Source: Guillardia theta CCMP2712 (Eukaryota > Protista > Cryptophyta). Taken from it: a DNA stretch of 64,000 bases. The notes under the pieces were generated by a model. That model had not been told where the DNA came from. It was given only the letters and a program-made list of their open reading frames with translations, and searched no databases. The DNA is taken from positions 36,866 through 100,865 of the forward strand of contig NW_005434557.1 of NCBI RefSeq assembly GCF_000315625.1, read 5' to 3'. The translations under genes and the position numbers were made by a program. Below, one piece after another: positions 40,785 to 50,009 of the stretch (position 1 is its first letter; each line of letters begins with the position of its first letter).

Positions 40785-41691
40785 TCGCCTCGTAGCTCCT
40801 ACTCGCCTCGTAGTTCGTACCCGCCTCGTAGCTCGTACCCGCCTCGTAGCTCGTACTCGCCTCGTAGCTCCTACTCGCCTCGTAGCTCCTACTCGCCTCG
40901 TAGCTCCTACTCGCCTCGTAGCTCCTACTCGCCTCGTAGCTCCTACTCGCCTCGTAGTTCGTACTCGCCTCGTAGCTCCTACTCGCCTCGTAGCTCCTAC
41001 TCGCCTCGTAGCTCCTACTCGCCTCGTAGCTCCTACTCGCCTCGTAGCTCCTACTCGCCTCGTAGCTCCTACTCGCCTCGTAGCTCCTACTCGCCTCGTA
41101 GCTCCTACTCGCCTCGTAGCTCCTACTCGCCTCGTAGCTCCTACTCGCCTCGTAGCTCGTACCCGCCTCGTAGCTCCTACTCGCCTCGTAGCTCCTACTC
41201 GCCTCGTAGCTCGTACCCGCCTCGTAGCTCGTACTCGCCTCGTAGCTCGTACCCGCCTCGTAGCTCCTACTCGCCTCGTAGCTCCTACTCGCCTCGTAGC
41301 TCGTACTCGCCTCGTAGCTCGTACTCGCCTCGTAGCTCGTACTCGCCTCGTAGCTCCTACTCGCCTCGTAGCTCCTACTCGCCTCGTAGCTCGTACTCGC
41401 CTCGTAGCTCGTACTCGCCTCGTAGCTCCTACTCGCCTCGTAGCTCGTACTCGCCTCGTAGCTCCTACTCGCCTCGTAGCTCGTACCCGCCTCGTAGCTC
41501 GTACTCGCCTCGTAGCTCGTACTCGCCTCGTAGCTCGTACTCGCCTCGTAGCTCCTACTCGCCTCGTAGCTCCTACTCGCCTCGTAGCTCCTACTCGCCT
41601 CGTAGCTCCTACTCGCCTCGTAGCTCCTACTCGCCTCGTAGCTCCTACTCGCCTCGTAGCTCGTACTCGCCTCGTAGCTCCTACTCGCCTC
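40785..41691. repeat. 18-bp minisatellite, ~50 copies (TCGCCTCGTAGCTCCTAC)
   Basis: Uninterrupted 18-mer with three variable positions. Confidence 0.97.
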
Positions 41692-42116
41692 CATGTTGCT
41701 CCTCTCGCCCTTCACCTCCACGCCCTTCCTCGCTCCTACTCCTGCTGCTATTCTGCTGGGCTGACCACCCCTACCTTAAAACGAAATCACCCTACGTATT
41801 GTAGTGTTTTCCTAGCTCTTCAGTACTATTTGATCACCCCTCACCCCCGGATTGGTACTACCCTACCCTGTTCACCAATACTTGAACATGGCAAAGCGTG
41901 GTGAACAGAGCCATGCGTGTGAGCAGGTGAGAGGGGGAGGGAGAGAGAGGAGAGGGAGGGATAAGAGAAAGGGAGGAGAGGGAGGGACGAGGACGAGGAG
42001 ATAGGTTCGACGATGGATGAAGGGGGGGGGGGGGGAAGGAGGCAAGCGGGAGAGAAGAGGAGGGAACCGAGCGATGAATTCACAAATTTTGATACACTTG
42101 TTTTGCTCTTCATCAG

Positions 42117-44476
42117 ATGCTCGGGTTTGTCACAGAGGCTTTCAAAGAAGCTTCGAATCTGCAGAAACGAATCGAGCAGAGAAGAAGCGAACTCGACAAA
42201 CACAAGTCTCAGCTCCTCCTGAGGTCGCTCAAGGAGCGGGGAATCAAGATTGAAAAAGAGACTTCTTCTGCCATCAAGCCAAGCAACATCGTCAAGCTCA
42301 ACGTGGGAGGAACGAAGATAGACGTAAAGAGAAGCACCATCACTCGCTTCTCCTCCAAACTCAAGTGGATGCTGAGGTGAACTCGTCCTCTCCTCTCCTC
42401 CAGCTGAGCCTCTACTAGCGGTCGCTGGGATCACATCTACAAGCTCGACAATGAAGGACGGATTTTCCTCGACTATGATGCTGGCTGGTTCGACCCTATC
42501 ATCAACCACCTGGTGTACCGATCCTCCTCCTCTACCCCATCATCCTCCTCCTCACCACCACCACTCCCCTTCCTCCCCCTCCCCATCCTCCTCCTCCTCA
42601 TCATCATCATCAGCAGCAGCACCACCACCACCACCATCTGCATCCTTTCCTCCTGCCTTCCTGTTACTCGCGCTCACATAATGCGTAGCGGGAGCTCACA
42701 ATGCAGGACCCGACCATCCCCATACGGCAGCCGAAAGCCAGTCATGGCGATCAGTTCGGATTCCGGCAGCTGCAGAAGCATCTTGGCTTGGAGAAGCTGT
42801 TCTCGAGTGAAGGCGAGGTGGAGGCGGGAGTGATGAAGCCTTGGATGCAGGCCGTCTTGGCAGGAACCATCGTGACGACATTGGAAGCAGACGGCAGAGA
42901 CTGTGAGTTCCGCCTCCTCCATCGTGGAAGCCGCGATGGGTTCGAATGCTCGAAGGTGCAGAGCAAGAGCGCAGGTGTGGTCAACAGCATCACCATCGTA
43001 CGTGACACGGAAGGGAACGTGTTTGGGGCCTTTGTGGACGTGGGGAGAAGCTTTCACGAGCAATACATTGAGTCCAGCAAGGCGTTTCTGTTCCACTTGT
43101 CCAGCAGAGGCTCACAAGACCCGAAGCTCTACAAGGTCTATCCCGTCAAGGCCGACCAGAAGCACACAGCGGTGCGAGGAGTCCGAGCTTGCTGTGCCGT
43201 GCTGGGAGCTGGGCCGGATCTGAGCATATCGAACGCATGCAACGCCAACAACGAGAGCTCTTGCCACCTGGGCACAACGTACGAGAACTATGGGAGCCCT
43301 CACGCTCTCACCAACGGTCGCGTCAACTTCCAGGTGGCTGAGCTGGAAGTCTGGCAAGTCAAGCTGGAGCTGGTCGGAGCCGAGGGTGTCAAAGACGCGA
43401 ACCGCCGAGTGCCGACCAAGTCCGCCTCGCTCTTATCGGAGCTGACGCGAAGGGTCAAGGACATCGACAGCTGCGTGCAGGAGCTGCTGGGGGAGGGGGT
43501 GAGACTGCAGCAGGAGGAGGAGAACTTGATCGAGGACGGGAGAGATCTCGACGACGAGATGGAGTACATGGAGAAGATGGAAGAGAAGCACAAGGCACAG
43601 GAGATCATCTTCTTCAACGTCGGCGGGAGGAAGCATTACACCACCAAACAGACTCTGTCGCTCATCAAGGGTTCCAAGCTCTACATGCAGTACGCGAGTG
43701 GTCAAGTGCAGGTGCCAGAGACTGACTTGGATGACGACGGAGACATCTTCCTTGACATCAACCCCTACTGCTTCGGCAAGATCCTTTCCCAGCTGCGGCT
43801 TAGACGCCTGTACGAGGACCTGCCGGACAAGGAGCAGGACGAGATCAACATCGGCATCGTCGTGGACCCCCAGTACTTGGAGTCGTTCGATCGCATGTTG
43901 AACTTCTACCAGGTCGAGCAGTCCGACTTGGCCTGCTTCCGTTCCTCCATCTTGCCAGCTCGAGAGCGAGTAACCAGATTGCTCCAGCTGCTCCGACCCC
44001 ACATGCAGGAGATCCCTTGCCGATACGCCTCCCTCCTCTTCCGCGGCAGCCGCGATGGTTTCACGAGGGGCCAGCTGCAGACCAAGTGGAACAATACGAG
44101 CAACAAGCTGCTGTTGGTCAAGGACTCCAACAACAACATCTTCGGGGGCTTCGTCGACTCGAAGAACAACAACGCTTCCTCTAGCAGAGCCTTCCTCTTC
44201 AGCCTCGAGCTCACTGCTGACATCCATCAAGACTCTCTCACTGTCTGCAGGCTGATCGGAGCCATTCCCGACGGCTGCGCCTTCAACTTTAACGTGGGCG
44301 GCTGCTTCGCCTTCGGTAGTAGGCCTGACCTGTTCCTGTCCGAGAACTGCAACCAGAACCAGCAGAGCTCCTGCAACCTCGGGCAGACGTTCAACGCTCA
44401 CAACAACCCTCACCTCCTCACCAGTGGCTCTCTCAACTTCACCGTGATGGAGATGGAAGCCTGGGGCCTTCACTAG
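42117..44476 (+). CDS. BTB/POZ (KCTD/T1-type) - TLDc - coiled coil - BTB - TLDc protein
   Basis: BTB1 IVKLNVGG..RSTI..SGRW..GRIFLD; TLDc1 LLHRGSRDGF..RDTEGNVFGAF..AFLF..ELEVW; BTB2 FNVGGRKHYTTKQTL..GDIFLDINP; TLDc2 LLFRGSRDGF..KDSNNNIFGGF..EMEAW. Introns near 42376-42418 and 42513-42706. Confidence 0.92.
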
Positions 44477-44961
44477 GAATGAGGCGGAAACAGCCCTAAG
44501 GTATTTGAGCTCTACTGGCGTCAGCCCTGCTCTTGTCTGATCCTTGAATGTGACGTCAGTCAGAGAGAGGGTCATGAACGTTGTCGTTGATAGATCATTC
44601 TGAATGCTCCTCTTGCTTGAATTTGATCCTCACAACCATGATCTCATGCCCCCTCCCTCCCCGAGCCATTTTGTCTCTTCCCCTTGTTTGAATTCTCCGC
44701 ATTTGTAGTCATTCTTGACTCTATCAGCATGTCTTCAGCTATCGCTACTCTCTCCGACGTGAGCAAAACGACTCGACCCGGAAGGATGATGTCTCCTAGT
44801 CCGTCATCATCAAGTGAAATCGAGAGAGAGCCAAGGGAATGTCCCGCCCCCCTGACTCGAGTCTGTCTTACACGCCCTCCTTCTACTCTCACAAACAGCT
44901 TCCGGTAGGTCTTGTTGTACATACACGAGCCCTACCGCTACTTGTGCATGCTCGCCTCCTC

Positions 44962-47900
44962 CTACTGGCATAGAGTGTTGCGGAAGTTCACGTACTCCCT
45001 GTGCAGATGCTTCTTGATCCCATGCATCTCCTCCAGCAGCACCTGCCACCGCCTCCATCATCCTCCTTATCCTCTCCCGCCCCCCTCANNNNNNNNNNNN
45101 NNNNNNNNNNNNNNNNNNNNNNNNNNNNNNNNNNNNNNNNNNNNNNNNNNNNNNNNNNNNNNNNNNNNNNNNNNNNNNNNNNNNNNNNNNNNNNNNNNNN
45201 NNNNNNNNNNNNNNNNNNNNNNNNNNNNNNNNNNNNNNNNNNNNNNNNNNNNNNNNNNNNNNNNNNNNNNNNNNNNNNNNNNNNNNNNNNNNNNNNNNNN
45301 NNNNNNNNNNNNNNNNNNNNNNNNNNNNNNNNNNNNNNNNNNNNNNNNNNNNNNNNNNNNNNNNNNNNNNNNNNNNNNNNNNNNNNNNNNNNNNNNNNNN
45401 NNNCCTGCCCTCCTCTCAGCTCTTCCTGCCCGGTCTCTCGCCTCCCTTCCCTCCTACCTCCACGCACACGCACAGGTCCCGGTAGCCCCCGCTCAAGCTC
45501 GTGCCGCCAGACGGGTCGTACCTGCCCCACAGGCTCAGCCGCATCCCTTGGCTCGACCCGCTTGACTCCTCTACATCCCCTCAGCTCACTCCTCGCCTCG
45601 TCTCCCTCCCCCTCGCTCCCCGCTTCCCGCTCCCCGCTCCTGCTCCTCGCTCCTCGCTCGTCTTCTTCTGGTGCACGTACCGGTTCTTGATGTTGGTGAT
45701 GCTCATGTAGATCTCCCCGCCTTCCTCTCCCCCGCCCGTCTGTCGAAGGCTCGTCACTTCCTCCTCCTCGCCGTCTCGGTTCTCTCTGCCCTCCTTACCT
45801 CCACGTCCTCCGACATCACCCTCCCTCCTCCAGGCTGGTCCCACGCGCTCACCCCGTGCCCCACCACCGACTGACCCCGCAAGAAGCTCAACCACGACAG
45901 CACGTCGTCGATCGACGACACCACGACAGTACATCGCACCAGGTCGGTCAGGCACGAGGGGTCGCGCCTGTACGACCTCACCGTCTTCTGCATCGCTCGC
46001 GCGCAAGACTTGACGTTACCATGCTCCACCCGCCCCACCCGGTTCCACCCGGACACCCACAGCTGGAAGGCGGCGCTGACCTCCTGCGCCTGGAGGAAGA
46101 GCTGCTCGAAGTCTCGGCTCGCCTGCCGGATCTTCCCGTTCCTCCTCGAGTATCGCCGGCCCCGCAGGCCGAGCGTCACCCACAAGTACCGACGCCACGT
46201 CCGGGTGTCATCGCCGATCACCTCCTCCAGCTCTTGAGCGATCGCCCGGACTCGCGCGCTGATCTCCTGCACTACGTGCGAGCTCTCCTCGACGACGCTG
46301 GTCCAAGTGTCCTCGAAGCCTCGCATGGCTGCCTTGAGGTCCCTGAAGGTCCTGGCGTACGCCCGGTGATACTCCACCACGATCGCCAGCTCCACCAGCC
46401 AGCAACCTACCCCGAGGCACAAGAAGCCGAAGCTTTCAAGGTCTGTTGATATGATCCCAACAAACAGGCAGAATGCACCCTGGACAAGAAAGGCAGCCAT
46501 CCAGAAGTAGTGCTGCACGAAATGCGCCAGGTACATCATGATCATAAGCAATGAAGAAGAAATAATCTTTTGACTCGAGTTGCAGAATGGTCCTATCCCC
46601 GTCCCCTGAGTCGAGCACTGCACAAAGTCGGCTACCATGCAGGCCACGTTGGCCGTCAGCACCAGATGCCCCGTTGACAGCAGCAGCCACTTGGCTCGTA
46701 ACGGTGTGCTCAGCAGCCCCAGCAGCACCCCGCTCAAGAACAACAAGCTCCACGCAAAGCTGATGATCGGATCTGCCATGACCGATATCCTCACAGTCTT
46801 GGGCTTGACGGGCGTGCCCGAGCTCTTGTCCGGCAGCCAGACCTGGTCGGACATGATCGGGCCCAGCTGCTTGATCCCGAACACAAGGTACACCAGGCTG
46901 AGGAAGACGATGCAGCTTCTCGCCGGCAGCTTCACCAGGGCCGTCTCGAGGGAGTTGGTGGTGCGGAGGGCGAGGACCCCGTTGACGTCAGCGTCTCGGT
47001 ACTGCCTGAGCCTGTCGTTGAGAGGGAGGAAGCGCTCGTCCTTCTTGTAGTCCTCCACCAGCTTCTCGAGCGTCCGGATCGAGCTCTCGTCTGAAGCATT
47101 GTATGCTGTGATGTCAAGGCAAGATTCCACTATCTGAATGCAACTTTGAGCCTGCGACAGTGCTCTCGTGAACAGAGGAAGTTTGTCCAGGGTCTCGATG
47201 CCCCGCAGCGCGAAGTACTCGTTGAACTTGTCATACATCCCCGTCTCCTGCAGTACCTGCAGCACCTCGATCCCCCGAGGGTTGTGTTTCGAGAACTCCC
47301 ACAGCTTTCGGTCGATGTGCTCCTTCACCACCCTCACCAGACAGTGTGCTATCAGCTCCCCCGCCTCCCTCGCGCTTCTCTCGACATCTCCGGTTGAGTC
47401 TACGTACATGCCAGCCACTCCCTTGCTCCCCTTCCCTCTCCTTGTCTCCTCCCCCAGCCCGACCTCTGCCCTCCTCCCCGCAGGCAGCAGCATCGCCACC
47501 GCCTCCTGCACCGAGACTCCCAGCAGGTACTCGAGTATCGCCTCTCTGTCCCTCCGGACGCCTCCTGCTTGTATCAGCTCGCTCGCCCGCGCGCAGCTGC
47601 GTACCGACGGCTTCCTGCTGAGGCTCCCGCACGCGCTGGAGAGGGAGGTGCGTCCCTCGGACTCGTCCCGCAGGATGGGTAGCACGGCCTTGAGTCTCCC
47701 GGCGTCCTTGTTGAGCAGGTAGAGCGCTGCCAGCGCGTGCACGAGGAAGTCACTCTCACGGTCGTGCGCCTCGTCGATCGCTGCGAGCTCCTCCAGCACG
47801 CTGTGTTCCTGACCCCAGGTGATGACGGGCACGAAGACGGAGCAGTTGCACAGGTATCTGGCTCTAGTCACCCTTGTCTCGAGGGCAGCCAGGTAGGGCA

Positions 47901-48153
47901 CGCAGTCCATGTCGAGGTAGGTCTTGCCGGGGTAGATCTTGTAGACGTCATTTGACCTTTTCGAGAGAGTCTCGTGCAGGACGCTGTGGAGGCGATCTTT
48001 CAGAAGGGCTGTCTCGTGATGGCGGCTGTCGAATCGCTGGTACTCAGGATGGAGCCTGTAGACAAAGATGTGCGTGTGATCGCTTTTAGTGTCATCTAGT
48101 GACCGGGCTCGTTGATTGTTCATTTCAAAGATCATGAAGGGTGTTGCTTTCAT
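44962..48153 (-). CDS. TIR-like / SAM-like / 6-TM / RelA-SpoT-like nucleotidyltransferase protein, copy A (open frame; one exon hidden in N gap)
   Basis: 799-aa first-exon ORF plus short 3' exons. Motifs: HIFVYR..YLDMDC..SVFVPVITW..AVLPIL; EVLQVLQETGMYDKFNEYFALRGIETLDKL; six hydrophobic helices; VKSCARAMQK, LTDLVRCTVV, IKNRY, GGYRD, MHGIKKHLHREYVNFRN. Confidence 0.8.
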
Positions 48154-48680
48154 TCACTTGTTGTTCAGCCCAGAAACCAGCTCAAGGAACGTTGTGGGCG
48201 GACACTACATGACTCTCAAACGCTCAGAGCTACTCACCATCGTGAAGAATGTTGGTGCATGACCTACTCATGTCGTATCAGACTGTTTCAAGCCGCATGC
48301 CCTTGCATCGCGCTATCGTCTGCTACCGATCTTCCAGTTACCTTTTTACTTTTGAGCCTACCCCTCCCCTACTCCATTACCCCCCCTTCTCATAGCAAAT
48401 GAACCCGTCCGAGCTCCCACGTCATCACGCCACAAATGTACCTTTATAACCTTATAGTGATTACCCGAATCGTTGCGGATTCGAGGCTCCTTCAAAAAAC
48501 AAAGCCTAGTTATACTGTTACTGGGCTGAGCGGGCCCGGGATGAGGGAGGTTACTGCGTGGCATGACCCGGCCGCCGCCTCGTTACCACTGAGTTTTCAA
48601 GTTTGATCCGATGATCCGAGTCACGCATGTCAGAGTCACCGTCACCGGGCTTTCTGACTCGGGCGCTGTGATCCGAAGTA

Positions 48681-48880
48681 GTCTTTGATGTCTTTGATAT
48701 TTTTGATATCTTTGCCATGTCTTCACAGAGTCAAGTTGATGTCTTTGATGTCTTACATTCACTCAGCGGATGTCTTTGATGTCCGATCTTTGACTCTGTG
48801 ATTCAACTTGGCAAGTTGATGTCCGAAGTTTGATGTCTTTCAGTCGGATGTCTTTGATATCTTTGATGTCTTTGAACTTA
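48681..48880. repeat. Degenerate 9-bp repeat (GATGTCTTT)n in the spacer of the inverted pair
   Basis: More than ten GAT(G/A)TCTTT-like units, interrupted by AAGTT/TCCGA words. Confidence 0.8.
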
Positions 48881-50009
48881 GTATCCGAAGTTTGCCAGTG
48901 ATGTTACGGAGTACGGGTTTTGATATCCGTTTGATGAGTCAGTACTTTGAGATGTCGGAGTCACCGTGCCACTGCGACTCGGCGGGCCTCCGGCAGAGCT
49001 CGGAGGCAGCCCGGCACCGGGCACCTGCTACCCTGAGGCTGCCATCTGGCACTGACATGAGTCTCACTGAGGCCGGGCCGATCTGACGGTCCGATCGGCA
49101 GTGAGCCGCTGCCGCAGTGCCACGGACAGTGTCAGGGTCAAGCCCGGCCTCCTCGACTCTCCTGATTGTCCTCGTACTGCTTTTTAACTTAACTTTGAGT
49201 AAAGCCACGGACTGACAGCACTAGCTGGATGTCTTGATGAGTCACGTGTAGTAGATGTTTTATATCTTCATCAGCGACCGTTCGGAGTTCAGAAGCCAAC
49301 CAAGGGAAAGAGTTTTAGATGGGGTTGGGGTGGGTTAAAACTTGATCAGGATGGGTGAAAATTCACTTAGACGATATGGTGGGAGGAGACAGGGGGGTGG
49401 GACAATTGAGTGTATTTTTAAAAATATCAAAAGACGTGTTTTGGAGTGAGAATTGATGTAGGTGCAACTCGCGAAGAGTGTGTAGGTATTTCCAGTCATT
49501 CAAGGGGGTAGTCTGGCAGAGGGGGGGTGCTCCTCCTCACAAGGCGGAAAAATGCTCAGTGCGGGGGAACGAAAGGAGGAAAAGAAAGAGAGAAGGAAGT
49601 GAAGGAGAGCGAAGAAAGAGACAGCAGAAGGAGAGAGAACAAACAATCATATCTGCAGTGACTGACAGGCAATGGATGGTTGGGAGCTATGCCGGAAGAT
49701 TGAAATGTTGAATCGAGCGATTCAATCGAAAGCAAACTTTGCCTATCGGCAACACGGGTGAAAGAGATTGAGCGTGTGAGCGAAAAAGTGCACGAGATTT
49801 AGGTTGAACTCGACTCAGAAACTATCATGCAATCCTAGCATCAATTTCGATGGACTGACGAAATGACGATTTGCTCAAGAGTGTATTTGAAAGGTTTTCA
49901 GAACTGATTGTGTAAAATTTGCAGATTCGCATATGCTGCCGGCTGATATGTATCGGGAACGTGGTGATTTTGTAAAATGGTATCCATGACACGTTAGAAA
50001 CAGCAGATC

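Noticed and set aside
40624-41721. Minus-strand 365-aa YEASRS repeat protein
   Set aside because: Overlaps the Kelch exon antisense and all unit variants are non-synonymous in that frame. The plus YSPRSS frame or a non-coding array is more plausible, though it is not excluded.
43433-44575. 380-aa minus-strand ORF
   Set aside because: Antisense shadow of the GC3-rich BTB-TLDc exon.
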